The notes under the pieces are model-generated. The model was not told the origin of the DNA, made no database searches, and was given only the letters and a program-made list of their open reading frames with translations. From the NCBI GenBank assembly GCA_963705505.1, contig CAVPJU010000010.1:416001-480000 (forward strand): a stretch of 64,000 bases of DNA. Reading direction: 5' to 3'. The position numbers were made by a program, and so were the translations under genes. Position 1 is the stretch's first letter; each line of letters starts with the position of its first letter. This stretch comes from an uncultured bacterium (GTDB lineage Bacteria; Desulfobacterota_D; UBA1144; Nemesobacterales; UBA2774). Of this stretch, positions 8,944 through 18,850 are shown piece by piece.

Positions 8944-10056
8944 ATGAAGGCGGCGGCTGACATGGAAAGGATCAGAGTAAACCTCAAGATAAGCGTGGAC
9001 AAATCATACGACATAGTTATCGGCGAGGGCCTCTTAAACCGTATCCCCGGAGAAATAAAGGATGCGGGGCTCGCCTATAAATTCGCGATCGTTACAGATT
9101 CCACCGTCGATGCGCTCTACGGGAAGATGCTCCATAAGGAATTCGAGCGGGCGGGGCTCAATACGCACATCATCGCCTTCCCCGCGGGCGAAAAGCATAA
9201 AAACAGAGAGACGAAAGCCCGGATAGAAGACCGCATGCTCGAGGAAAAATTCGGACGGGACTCGGCCGTGGTAGCGCTCGGGGGGGGAGTCGTCGGGGAT
9301 ATAGCCGGATACGTGGCAGCCACATACACGCGCGGCCTCCCGTACGTACAGGTGCCGACCACACTGGTCGCATGTGTTGACAGCTCTATAGGGGGTAAGA
9401 CGGCCGTGGACACACCGCACGGGAAAAACCTGATCGGGGCGTTCCATCAGCCCTGGAGGGTGTACATAGACGTGAATACGCTCCTGACCCTCCACGAAAA
9501 GGAGATAAGGGAAGGGCTCGCCGAGGTGATAAAGTACGGCGTGATCAGAGACGATAAACTCTTTTCCTATCTGGAAGAGAATATGGACCGCATATTCTCC
9601 TACGATAAGGAGACGCTAACTCATATAATTAAAAGAGGGTGCGAAATCAAGGGAGAGGTCGTCGAGCTTGACGAAAGGGAATCTAACTTAAGGAAGATAT
9701 TGAACTTCGGCCACACCATAGGACACGCGGTCGAGAACCTCTCCGACTATAAGATCACGCACGGGGAAGCGATTTCAATCGGTATGGCGGCTGAGGGGAA
9801 GCTCGCCGCCAGGATGGGTTTGTGGAAGGAAAGCGAGCTCAAGAGGCTCACCGCGCTGATATCGAAAGCGGGGCTCCCGACACGGATGCCGGAATATATG
9901 AAAGTGCAGGATATAACCGATACCATGAAGCTCGACAAAAAATCAAGGGGCGGGAAAATCGAGATGGTCCTTCCCCGGACTATGGGCGAGATGGCGGAGA
10001 TCGACGGAAGCTACGGAATAAAAATTGAAGACCGACTCATTGCCGATGCCATATAG
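8944..10056 (+). CDS. aroB: 3-dehydroquinate synthase
   Basis: ALGGGVVGD, VPTTL...DSSIGGKT, GAFHQP, LNFGHT.GHA.E, HGEA. Confidence 0.96.
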   Translation: MKAAADMERIRVNLKISVDKSYDIVIGEGLLNRIPGEIKDAGLAYKFAIVTDSTVDALYGKMLHKEFERAGLNTHIIAFPAGEKHKNRETKARIEDRMLEEKFGRDSAVVALGGGVVGDIAGYVAATYTRGLPYVQVPTTLVACVDSSIGGKTAVDTPHGKNLIGAFHQPWRVYIDVNTLLTLHEKEIREGLAEVIKYGVIRDDKLFSYLEENMDRIFSYDKETLTHIIKRGCEIKGEVVELDERESNLRKILNFGHTIGHAVENLSDYKITHGEAISIGMAAEGKLAARMGLWKESELKRLTALISKAGLPTRMPEYMKVQDITDTMKLDKKSRGGKIEMVLPRTMGEMAEIDGSYGIKIEDRLIADAI

Positions 10057-10718
10057 CAACACCCCCCCGTTAATCGAGACTTCTAAAATCAGCGCGGGCA
10101 CGGGCGATCCCGCGACTGTGAAGTCCGGGGCTCGATATATCCATACACCTCTTACCGCTCGATCTCGAGGGAGTGTTCGGGAACGGGAACGACTGCCTGC
10201 TCGAGATCGGATTCGGGGACGGGGATTTTCTTATAGAAAACGCCCTGAAGAACCCGGGAAGAAATTACCTGGGAATAGAAATAAAGAAGAAAAGATTTAA
10301 CAAGGCGGTCAGGAAATCAAACCGGGCGAAGGCGGGGAACGTTAAGTTTATTCACATGGACGCGGAAATCGCCGCAGAGGATATTTTCCACCAGGGTTCC
10401 TTCGCCACGGTATATATCAATTTCCCCGACCCCTGGCCGAAGGACAGGCACCGGAAGCACAGGGTAATCAACCGCGGTTTCCTGAAGAAGCTTTCACGGA
10501 TTATGAAAAGCGGAGCGAGCCTCGAGATAGCGAGCGACCACAGGGAATATGTTTTAACCGCGCTCGAAACAATGAAAAAAATTGACGCGTTCGAATGCGT
10601 ATACCCCGCCCCCGGCTACGTGCTTCACGTTCCAGGCAGAGCCGAAACACGCTACGAAAGGGAGTTCAGGGCCGAGGGAAAAGAAATCTATTACCTGAGG
10701 TATAAAAACATTAAATGA
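10046..10718 (+). CDS. trmB: tRNA (guanine-N7) methyltransferase (probable +1 frameshift near 10125-10130; catalytic part intact from 10173)
   Basis: LEIGFGDG, INFPDPWPK.RH and T.YE..F motifs. Confidence 0.9.
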
Positions 10719-10801
10719 CACCTGATAACACACGTTCGCACCCCCGGTTGATTACTCAGGTAAAATATGGGTGAGATTAAATACCAAGGAGGAATAGAGT
10801 A

Positions 10802-11077
10802 ATGAGGAGGGTCATATTTTTATCCGCAATAATATATACGGGCTTATTCCTGAGCGGCTGCTCGGAAAACGGACCCGGATACCTTTTTCAGCTTATATTC
10901 ATCGTCGCTCCGCTCGTCGGGCTCGGGGTTATGCTGCTCAAGCGGACGGACAGCACAAATGACTCACTTTACATTCTGGAAGGACAAATTAAGAGACTCT
11001 CCGCGAAATTGGAAAACCTGGAAGAAAAGGTTTCGGAGCTGACGGAAAAAGATAATAAAACCAGAAATAAGAAATAG
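10802..11077 (+). CDS. Small membrane lipoprotein-like protein with a coiled-coil tail
   Basis: AGGAGG SD; LSGC lipobox; one TM segment; heptad-like C-terminus. Confidence 0.65.
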   Translation: MRRVIFLSAIIYTGLFLSGCSENGPGYLFQLIFIVAPLVGLGVMLLKRTDSTNDSLYILEGQIKRLSAKLENLEEKVSELTEKDNKTRNKK

Positions 11078-11123
11078 CGGATCCGAATTAGACAGAATCG
11101 ACCCCGCATAAAGCGGACAGCTT

Positions 11124-11768
11124 TTAGTTGGTGTTTCTTTTCTTAGTATTATTGTTATTCAAGTCGACGCTCTTTGAGCTCTCGATCGCCTTGATTTGAT
11201 ATTCGATCGGGACCTTTCCGATGTCGTTTGTGGCGTGGAGCACACCCTTCTCGTCCGTCCATGTGAATAGCCCGCCCCTAACTCCGGGAGTTTCCAGGCT
11301 CTTTGCGGAATCCCCGAGCTGGGGCTCCTGAGCCGGCGTTATTTCTTCTCCGGGCGGAATTTGCTCTCCCTCTTCTTCGCCGGGTTTCACAGCTGACTTC
11401 GCTTGAGCCTCCTGAGCGGCTTTCTGTCTTTCTTCTCTTTTCTTCTGGAGCGCTTGATTAACCTCTATGTTGCTTGAACGCTCCACGGTCGTACCGAGCG
11501 TGCCCGTCCCGGTCCTGTAATTCGTTTCTGTGCTCTTCTGCATTGTTGATAGGTCATACGGGTTCAAATCTTCACTGGGGGTAACGATATATGACGGGAA
11601 GTCGGCCGGAGCAGGTGCAGGTGCAGGAGCAGGTGCCGGAGGTGCAACAGGGGCCGTCGATTGTGAAAACGCAAATAAAGGGGATAAAAATAAGATTCCT
11701 ACCGTTGCGTATAACAACCCTGATATCAAGCGCCGCATTCCCTGCCTCCTCAATAGCTCCTTGCTCAA
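11124..11768 (-). CDS. Exported protein with a Pro/Ala linker and C-terminal DUF4124-like motif
   Basis: Signal peptide ending AFS; PAPAPA repeat; FTWTDEKGVLH.TN....P. Confidence 0.75.
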   Translation of the reverse strand: MSKELLRRQGMRRLISGLLYATVGILFLSPLFAFSQSTAPVAPPAPAPAPAPAPADFPSYIVTPSEDLNPYDLSTMQKSTETNYRTGTGTLGTTVERSSNIEVNQALQKKREERQKAAQEAQAKSAVKPGEEEGEQIPPGEEITPAQEPQLGDSAKSLETPGVRGGLFTWTDEKGVLHATNDIGKVPIEYQIKAIESSKSVDLNNNNTKKRNTN

Positions 11769-11900
11769 TATCTATAAATATACACCCGCCTGAGTGAATG
11801 CACAACCTCGAAATATAATGTATAAAGTGAGCCTCAGCAAAAACTTAAAGCTGCTTCTTAAAGGTATTAATAACATATTTATGAGTCCCGGAGCCGGAAA

Positions 11901-12443
11901 TCAGTAGGAATTATAAAGACAAAACCAGTAAAATGCCGCGACGACGAGTGAATGTGTAATCTTCCTCTCCGCAACCATCTTCGGAATCTCAGAAACAGGC
12001 GCGGTGTATGTCACTATATACTCCGTGGAATCGAAGAGTGGATCCCCCGCCTTCCGTGAATTTCGGGCAAGGAAAGTATGACATTTATTGTTCTGTATGG
12101 CAGGATTGGGTATCACTTCGCCTATCAATGTCCAGTTATCGGAAACATAACCCGTTTCTTCGAGGAGCTCCCTCTTCGCGGTCTCAAGCGGGGTCTCCCC
12201 CGGATCGATGACACCGCCCGGAATCTCTATGGTCTCCGATCTTATCCCGTGCCTGTACTGTTTAATCAACAGCACCTCTTCGTTCTCCGTGACCGCTACT
12301 ACATTTATCCAGTCGGGGGCTTCTATCACGAAAAAATCGTGCTCTTTCCCCGTGACGGGGGATATGCTCGTATCCACCCTCGTCGAGAAAACCCTGTTTG
12401 AGGAGAGGTGTTCTGACTTTATGACTTCCCACTTTTTTATCAT
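11901..12443 (-). CDS. NUDIX hydrolase (ADP-ribose pyrophosphatase-like)
   Basis: Nudix box GGVIDPGETPLETAKRELLEETGY; QYRH. Confidence 0.92.
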   Translation of the reverse strand: MIKKWEVIKSEHLSSNRVFSTRVDTSISPVTGKEHDFFVIEAPDWINVVAVTENEEVLLIKQYRHGIRSETIEIPGGVIDPGETPLETAKRELLEETGYVSDNWTLIGEVIPNPAIQNNKCHTFLARNSRKAGDPLFDSTEYIVTYTAPVSEIPKMVAERKITHSLVVAAFYWFCLYNSY

Positions 12444-12484
12444 AGCCGTCTAATTTGCCCCGGAGATTATATACAGCTCGGAGA

Positions 12485-13237
12485 TCAACTTCGGATTTCG
12501 ATCTTTTTCAACTTCTCCCATGTATTTTGAGAGTACCAAATATCGACGAAATCCGAAACGGAGCCTTTTTCATCCCTCTCGATCCTATCGAGGGCGTCCT
12601 TCCTGAGAAGCCTTTTAATGCTCCCGAACGCCTCTCCATCCCTCTCGGCAAGATCACGCGCACAACGGAGCACCGCGTCATCGAGCCCTTCCCCGGTATG
12701 CGCTTCGTCCACGAGGCCCAGGGCCAAAGCCTCTTCCGCTGAATTCATTTTCCCCGAGTAGAGGAGGTGCTGAGCGCTCCTCGAGCCGACTGTGAATCTC
12801 AGAATCTCCGCAATGCTCGTAAATACCGAAGCGCCGAGTGTGATCTCGTTTAAGGCGATCTTCGCCTTCCCGGCAGCCATAACCCTCCGGTCGCAGGCAA
12901 TGGCCAGGATGCACCCACCGGCAACGGTATGCCCGTTCAAAGCGGCGATTACAGGCTTCGGAAAGACGAAAATACGCCGGACGAGGTCAGAAAAGCTCAA
13001 GACAAACCTGTGAAACGCCTCCTTCGGATAATCCATGAACCCGGGAATATCGAACCCGAACGAAAAAAAGCTTCCCCGCCCGGTCAATATCACCGCTCTT
13101 ACCCGCGTATCCGACGCCAATTCCCTAAAGACATCCCTCAATTCCGATACGACCTGCTCGTTTATCGCATTCACTTTAGGCCTGGCTAGAGTGACGGTAG
13201 CAATGCCGTCTTTAAGTGATAATTCGATAAAATCCAT
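12485..13237 (-). CDS. Enoyl-CoA hydratase/isomerase family protein
   Basis: FS.GFD, PKPVIAALNGH..AGG, E..LG, AEEAL..GLVDE. Confidence 0.92.
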   Translation of the reverse strand: MDFIELSLKDGIATVTLARPKVNAINEQVVSELRDVFRELASDTRVRAVILTGRGSFFSFGFDIPGFMDYPKEAFHRFVLSFSDLVRRIFVFPKPVIAALNGHTVAGGCILAIACDRRVMAAGKAKIALNEITLGASVFTSIAEILRFTVGSRSAQHLLYSGKMNSAEEALALGLVDEAHTGEGLDDAVLRCARDLAERDGEAFGSIKRLLRKDALDRIERDEKGSVSDFVDIWYSQNTWEKLKKIEIRS

Positions 13238-13382
13238 CCGGGTCCTCCTACCGAATTTTTGTCCTGATTGATTATCGCATTTAGAATGAAAACCTGCAAC
13301 ATTTTCCTCTATACAAAAGGCTCAATACAGTTAAAATTAAGACTGCAAAAAATCTCGTCTGCAGAATTCGGGAGGTTCTGAA

Positions 13383-13769
13383 ATGAGAAAGCTTATTTTA
13401 ACGATGCTTTTTTTAGTAGCCTGTACCGCGGTATCGCTGACGTTAGGCTCGGCGGCTGAAAAAGGGGATGCAGCTAAAGGAAAGGAAACTTTTCAAAATA
13501 CATGCTCTCCGTGTCACGGACCGGGGGGTAAAGGCGACGGAGCAGCCGCAGCCGCTCTTAACCCTAAGCCGAGGAACCTGACCGACGCCGCATATATGTC
13601 GACAAAAAGCAACGATCATTTGCACAAGGTCATCAGTGAAGGCGGAGCGTCGGTAGGGCTCTCGCCAATGATGGCCGCATGGGGGGGCGTACTTTCCGAG
13701 CAGGACATATGGAACGTCATAGCCTATATAAGGCAGGATCTCTGCAAGTGTCAGTATAACGGGAAATAA
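13383..13769 (+). CDS. Monohaem c-type cytochrome
   Basis: Signal peptide; CSPCH haem motif; G.GDG, PRNLT and distal Met in SPMM.AW. Confidence 0.92.
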   Translation: MRKLILTMLFLVACTAVSLTLGSAAEKGDAAKGKETFQNTCSPCHGPGGKGDGAAAAALNPKPRNLTDAAYMSTKSNDHLHKVISEGGASVGLSPMMAAWGGVLSEQDIWNVIAYIRQDLCKCQYNGK

Positions 13770-13781
13770 ATTTCAAGATCC

Positions 13782-13812
13782 GGGGCGGAAGCCTTAGCTT
13801 CCGCCCTTTTTC
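13782..13812 (+). terminator. Intrinsic terminator
   Basis: gggcggaagc-ctta-gcttccgccc stem followed by TTTTT. Confidence 0.85.
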
Positions 13813-13915
13813 ATATAAATTCAAAGAAATTTATCCCTGACACCTCATCACTCCCCGTAATTGGTATATATTTATATGCGACACAATCTCAGAAATGAGA
13901 CTCGAGGGAAACAAT

Positions 13916-14125
13916 ATGAAGAAGATATTAGCAGACATGATGAAGCTTTACGGACTAGTCGTCATCCTGACGATGCCGATCTTTACCGCGTGCTCCTGGG
14001 TCGAGCCCGGCTCTGAAAATGACCCCGGTCAGGCAGTCGGGGCTCCTACCGATACTCAAGCCGAAGACCTTACATATCAAGAGGGACTGCAAAACCCCGA
14101 GGAACAGGACAATCAGAACGAGTAA
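13916..14125 (+). CDS. Small acidic lipoprotein
   Basis: GAGGG SD; FTAC lipobox; short acidic mature region. Confidence 0.6.
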   Translation: MKKILADMMKLYGLVVILTMPIFTACSWVEPGSENDPGQAVGAPTDTQAEDLTYQEGLQNPEEQDNQNE

Positions 14126-14222
14126 TCCCCAAGGGAATGTTATCCGTATTGAGTCGGAATTCCTTTCTTTTTGAAGAATTTTCAGCAGATGTTAAAATCT
14201 TGTCCAATTCCACAATACAACC

Positions 14223-14314
14223 GGAGAGGTGACCGAGCGGCCGAAGGTGCACGCCTGGAAAGTGTGTAGGGGGTTAACGCTCCCTCGTGGGTTCAAATCC
14301 CACCCTCTCCGCCA
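14223..14314 (+). tRNA. tRNA-Ser(GGA)
   Basis: GGAGAGG/CCTCTCC acceptor stem with GCCA; anticodon arm cacgc-ctGGAaa-gtgtg; long variable arm; GGTTCAAATCC T-loop. Confidence 0.96.
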
Positions 14315-14451
14315 GTTTTTAGCTGATTTTACGGGTATAAGTATTGGTGCAACCGGCGGTGGAAGGATTATTTCGGGAATAGCTATTAATTTTCGGGTAT
14401 TTTATAATATAGGCTGAAGCTCATTTAGAACTATTAGGTTTCAATAAATTC

Positions 14452-14559
<108 letters not shown>

Positions 14560-14572
14560 TCTAAGGTGATAG

Positions 14573-16231
14573 ATGTCCTACCTGGTACTCGCGAGAAAAT
14601 GGAGACCTCAAACCTTTGACGATATCATAAGCCAGGAATACGTAACCCTGAGCCTCAGGAACGCGGTATCCACGGGGAAGATCGCCCACGCGTTCATATT
14701 TTCGGGACCGAGAGGAGTAGGCAAGACCTCGACCGCGAGGATCCTGGCAAAAGCGCTCAACTGTCAGAAAGGTCCGACCCCGGAGCCCTGCTCGGAATGT
14801 GTTTTCTGCAGGGAGATAGCCGAGGGCAAATCACTCGACGTGATCGAAATTGACGCCGCTTCGCACACGGGCGTAAATGACATCCGGGAAATTATCGAGA
14901 ATATCAAATACCTCCCCGCATCCGGAAAATATAAAATTTACATAATAGACGAAGCGCACATGCTTTCCCAATCGGCGTTCAACGCGCTGCTCAAGACCCT
15001 CGAGGAGCCCCCGCCCCGTGTGCTCTTCATACTCGCTACGACAGAAGTTCACAAGATCCCGGTGACGATCCTCTCAAGGTGCCAGAGGTATGATTTCAAG
15101 AAGGTGCCTGTCGAGAAGATCAAGGAGAAGCTCGCCTCGATAACGGCGCGGGAGAATATAAGCGTGGAAGAGGAAACTCTCTATACCGTCGCCCAGGAGT
15201 CGGACGGAAGCATGAGGGACGCACTCAGCCTGATGGACCAGCTGCTCGCGACATTCGGGAGCGAGATCGTGCACGACGACGCGGTAAGGATTCTCGGCAT
15301 CCTGGACAGGACGCTGCTCAAATCCGCCGTCGGGGGGATACTAAATAAAAGCCCTAAATCCTGCATCGAAACACTGAACACGGCACTAGAGAAGGGAATA
15401 AACCCCAAACGCTTCGCCGAGGACCTGCTCAGGACACTGAGATACGCCCTTCTGATCAAAACCTGCGGAAAAGAAGCGGTGACGGAGCTCTCGGAGGAAG
15501 ACAAGGACGAGATCGCAAGACTCACGGGGACCGAGAGCGTAGAGACTCTGGAGTCCCTTTTCAACCTGATGCTCGAAGGGGCCGAAAGCGTGCAGAGGTC
15601 GTTCTATCCGCAGATGGCCCTCGAATTCATACTGATAAAGCTTTCAACCCTCGAAAGGACAGTGCCGATAGAAGACATAATAAAGAGATTAGAGACCCTG
15701 TCGGGATCCGTCAAAGCGGGAAGGGAGCCGGGGGGGGGACGTCTCGACGAGCCGCGCGGGGATTATCAGAAAAGACCGGCTGCCTCCGAAGAGAACACCG
15801 TTTCGAAGTCTTCAGACGGGGAGAGCGATCCGCCGGTAAAAAAGCCCCGGACGGACACCGGAAATTTGAGCGACCTCGTTAAATTCATAAAATCCAGGAA
15901 CGCCATCATGGGAACGAGGCTCGAGCAGGCGAAGAAAATTACGGTAGAGAACGATACGCTCAGGATATTATTCAACAATCCGCTCCACTCGGTCCATTTC
16001 AAGAAGAAAGAAACCCAGAATTCACTCGGGGACTATTTGAATGAATTCTATTCCCGGAGCCTGAATATAGAAATCGCAGATGACGAGTCCGCGCAAGCCG
16101 GTGAAACAGGCGGTGGAAAACCGGATAGGAACGAAAACAAGAAGAAAATCCAGAACGACCCCACGCTTAAGGACGCGATAGAAATCTTCGGGGGCAGGGT
16201 CGTAAGCGTGAAACCCAAACAAAAGGAGTAA
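14573..16231 (+). CDS. dnaX: DNA polymerase III subunit gamma/tau
   Basis: LARKWRPQTF; Walker A GPRGVGKTS; Zn-binding Cys residues; IIDEAHML; SRC motif. Confidence 0.97.
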   Translation: MSYLVLARKWRPQTFDDIISQEYVTLSLRNAVSTGKIAHAFIFSGPRGVGKTSTARILAKALNCQKGPTPEPCSECVFCREIAEGKSLDVIEIDAASHTGVNDIREIIENIKYLPASGKYKIYIIDEAHMLSQSAFNALLKTLEEPPPRVLFILATTEVHKIPVTILSRCQRYDFKKVPVEKIKEKLASITARENISVEEETLYTVAQESDGSMRDALSLMDQLLATFGSEIVHDDAVRILGILDRTLLKSAVGGILNKSPKSCIETLNTALEKGINPKRFAEDLLRTLRYALLIKTCGKEAVTELSEEDKDEIARLTGTESVETLESLFNLMLEGAESVQRSFYPQMALEFILIKLSTLERTVPIEDIIKRLETLSGSVKAGREPGGGRLDEPRGDYQKRPAASEENTVSKSSDGESDPPVKKPRTDTGNLSDLVKFIKSRNAIMGTRLEQAKKITVENDTLRILFNNPLHSVHFKKKETQNSLGDYLNEFYSRSLNIEIADDESAQAGETGGGKPDRNENKKKIQNDPTLKDAIEIFGGRVVSVKPKQKE

Positions 16232-16235
16232 ACCC

Positions 16236-16562
16236 ATGAAATTCGGGGGCGGAAACATAAAGAACCTGCTGAAACAAGCGGGCAAAATGAAAGAGCAAAT
16301 GGAAAAGCTGCAGGCCGAAGCCGGTGAGAAGACAGTAGAAGCCTCCTCGGGCGGGGGAATGGTCACGGTTGTCGCAAAGGCGAAGGGTGAGGTCGTTTCC
16401 ATTAAGATCGAGCCGGAAATAGTCAGGGACGACGACATAGAGATGCTCCAGGACCTTATAACGGCGGCGGTAAATGAAGCACTCACGCGGGGACAGGATC
16501 TGATGAGGGACGAGGTAGCAAAACTAGCAGGGGGTTTGGGTCTTCCCCCCGGACTTATTTAA
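16236..16562 (+). CDS. ybaB: YbaB/EbfC nucleoid-associated protein
   Basis: SGGGMV.V and D.EMLQDLI.AAVN.A motifs; dnaX-ybaB-recR synteny. Confidence 0.94.
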   Translation: MKFGGGNIKNLLKQAGKMKEQMEKLQAEAGEKTVEASSGGGMVTVVAKAKGEVVSIKIEPEIVRDDDIEMLQDLITAAVNEALTRGQDLMRDEVAKLAGGLGLPPGLI

Positions 16563-16565
16563 CGA

Positions 16566-17171
16566 ATGCTGCAAAAAGGTATACCGGAATCGATAGCGAG
16601 ACTGATAAACGAACTCTCCAAGCTCCCCGGAATCGGGGAAAAGAATGCAACGAGGCTGGCTTTCCACATATTCAGGTCCCCGAAGGAAAATGCGGAAAAC
16701 CTCTCCAGAGCGATAATCGATACGAAGTCAAAGGTAGTTCTATGCGATACCTGTTTCAATTTCGCAAACGAATCACCCTGTGAATTGTGCAGGGATAAAG
16801 AGAGAGACCAATCCATAATTTGTGTCGTGGAGGAGCCCCTGGACCAGCTCGCCATAGAAAGGAGCAGGGAGTTCAACGGCGTATATCACATACTCCACGG
16901 CGTAATATCCCCGATCGAGGGCATAGGGCCAGAGGACCTCAAGATAAAGGAGCTCATCAGGAGGTTGGAAGGGAATGATGTGAAAGAGGTAATAATCGCG
17001 ACCAATCCCAGTGTCGAGGGCGAGGCCACGGCCCTTTACCTCTCGAAGCTCATAAAGCCGATGGGCGTGGGGGTGAGCAGGATCGCCCACGGGATACCCA
17101 TGGGAGGGGATATTGAATATATCGACGAGATAACATTACGCAAAGCAATACGGGATAGAAAGTATATTTAG
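16566..17171 (+). CDS. recR: Recombination mediator RecR
   Basis: HhH motif LPGIG.K.A.R; C4 zinc finger; TOPRIM ATNP.VEGEATA. Confidence 0.97.
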   Translation: MLQKGIPESIARLINELSKLPGIGEKNATRLAFHIFRSPKENAENLSRAIIDTKSKVVLCDTCFNFANESPCELCRDKERDQSIICVVEEPLDQLAIERSREFNGVYHILHGVISPIEGIGPEDLKIKELIRRLEGNDVKEVIIATNPSVEGEATALYLSKLIKPMGVGVSRIAHGIPMGGDIEYIDEITLRKAIRDRKYI

Positions 17172-17259
17172 TTATAATAGAATAATATAGACATCTTAAT
17201 AATATAGAATATATAGCCTATGTCTATAATCCCGGAGACAGGTTTTCAAGGAGGACGTA

Positions 17260-17706
17260 ATGCCGAGGATCGGAAGAGCGTTTAACGAGCTCAAGATCGG
17301 GGACAAGCTCTCCGAGAGAATCACCGTTACGGAAACACATGTGGTGAAGGCGGCGGGTCTTTTCAACGATTACAACGCGCTCCACACGAACGAGCCCGAC
17401 ATGAAAAATTCGAGGTTCGGCACGAGGATAGTCCACGGGGCGCTTACGTTCAGCCTCGCGGTCGGGGTTTACAGCAAGGCCTTCCACGATACCGACATTT
17501 CCACGGTCGAGGCTTCGATAAAGTTCACCGCGCCCGTATTCATGAACGACACCATAACGATGGAGTGGACAGTGAAAGAGCTCGACGAAAAACCAAAACT
17601 GAACGGCGGACTGGTGGCGCTTTCGGGAGAGGTAAGGAATATGGAGGACAAAACCCTCGCGACTCTGGAAGCCAAGATCCTCGTGGGCAACGAGACGATC
17701 TATTAA
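17260..17706 (+). CDS. MaoC-like hot-dog dehydratase
   Basis: DYNALH, I.HG and F.APV...DT motifs. Confidence 0.87.
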   Translation: MPRIGRAFNELKIGDKLSERITVTETHVVKAAGLFNDYNALHTNEPDMKNSRFGTRIVHGALTFSLAVGVYSKAFHDTDISTVEASIKFTAPVFMNDTITMEWTVKELDEKPKLNGGLVALSGEVRNMEDKTLATLEAKILVGNETIY

Positions 17707-17727
17707 TCGGGTTTTCCGACGAAGGGA

Positions 17728-18771
17728 ATGGACAAGAAGCTTAAATTCAGCAGGTCACGCTTATCCAAACTATTCCTCGCGCTGATTACCGTCTTAATAA
17801 CCATAGGCGCAATAGAGCTTGGAATCAGGTTAACATCCGACAGCGACAAGTACTCTCTAATTGATAACATCCGCAGCCTCCAAACACTCAAGAACCCCGT
17901 CGGATATAAGCTCAGGGAAAAGGCCTGGAAATCGAGCTTTTCCGAAAGGGGCCTCGGGATACCGCCCGGCGGACCGAGGGAGGGATTACGGGGCGAGGGA
18001 ATAACCCCGGTCAACTGCGCCGTCTCGGATTGTAATTTCAAAAAAAACATACCGGGCCTGATAGAAGTTGACGCGAACGGATTTCAGAGGCTCGGTAAAT
18101 TAGAAAAGCCCTACCCTAGCATACTCATCATCGGAGGAAGCGTCGCATGGGGAGCCGGGGCTTCGGATATAGCGAATACATACTTCTCAAGACTATACGA
18201 TATGCTCAAAGACGAATATCCCGATACCGGTATATCCGTCCTGGCCGCTTATGCTTCGACAAGCGGCACGGATTTAAGCTACTTCGTTAATAAAGGGTTG
18301 GACACAAAGCCGGACATAGTCGTATTTTTAAACGGCCTCAACGACATTACGGTCAAAGGGAGCTTAAGGCAGTCCGACGCCTCCGATTACATACTTAACA
18401 TGAAGATTGCAGAGCGTCTGGCGGAGCGTAACGGCATCACGACCGTTATTGTCAGACAGCCCTTCCCCGGCGGGAAAAAACACAAGACCGAGCTCGAAGA
18501 GAGGATACTGGGTTTGAGCCGCGATGATTACGATAAAACAATCGTGCCGCTCTACAATTACATCGGGCATGCACTGGAAAAGATGGCGGAAACGGAGGGG
18601 ATTTATTATATAGACGCCGCCGATTGTTTTGAAAACGAAACGGCCACGACTTTTAACGACCAGTGGCATTTCTCGGACCCGGGTCACCGACTCCTCGCTG
18701 AGAAGATCTACTCAGGGCTTAATCCGGTTCTACAAAAACTTCGCGACAAGAAAGAGCTTCAACCGAAATGA
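17728..18771 (+). CDS. Membrane-anchored SGNH/GDSL hydrolase
   Basis: N-terminal TM segment; GGSVAWG (block I), G.ND (block III), DQWH (block V). Confidence 0.82.
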   Translation: MDKKLKFSRSRLSKLFLALITVLITIGAIELGIRLTSDSDKYSLIDNIRSLQTLKNPVGYKLREKAWKSSFSERGLGIPPGGPREGLRGEGITPVNCAVSDCNFKKNIPGLIEVDANGFQRLGKLEKPYPSILIIGGSVAWGAGASDIANTYFSRLYDMLKDEYPDTGISVLAAYASTSGTDLSYFVNKGLDTKPDIVVFLNGLNDITVKGSLRQSDASDYILNMKIAERLAERNGITTVIVRQPFPGGKKHKTELEERILGLSRDDYDKTIVPLYNYIGHALEKMAETEGIYYIDAADCFENETATTFNDQWHFSDPGHRLLAEKIYSGLNPVLQKLRDKKELQPK

Positions 18772-18850
18772 TTTCAGGGCTCGTGTGCCGGCCGCTGACA
18801 GACCTGTCCGAATCGATGTGAACCGGCGTGTTGGTATTAAATTCTAATCC

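Noticed and set aside
11605..11646. 6-nt tandem repeat (gcaggt/gcagga)
   Set aside because: It simply encodes the PAPAPA linker of the minus-strand gene
14229..14417. ORF over tRNA-Ser, and tRNA-Ser as an integration site
   Set aside because: The ORF overlaps the tRNA; no integrase or duplicated tRNA 3' end is present and the ffs-dnaX context is intact
15730..15738. G9 run in dnaX as a slippage site
   Set aside because: Known dnaX transcriptional slippage uses an A/T run, homopolymers are unreliable in this assembly, and the A_AAA_AAG site is a better candidate
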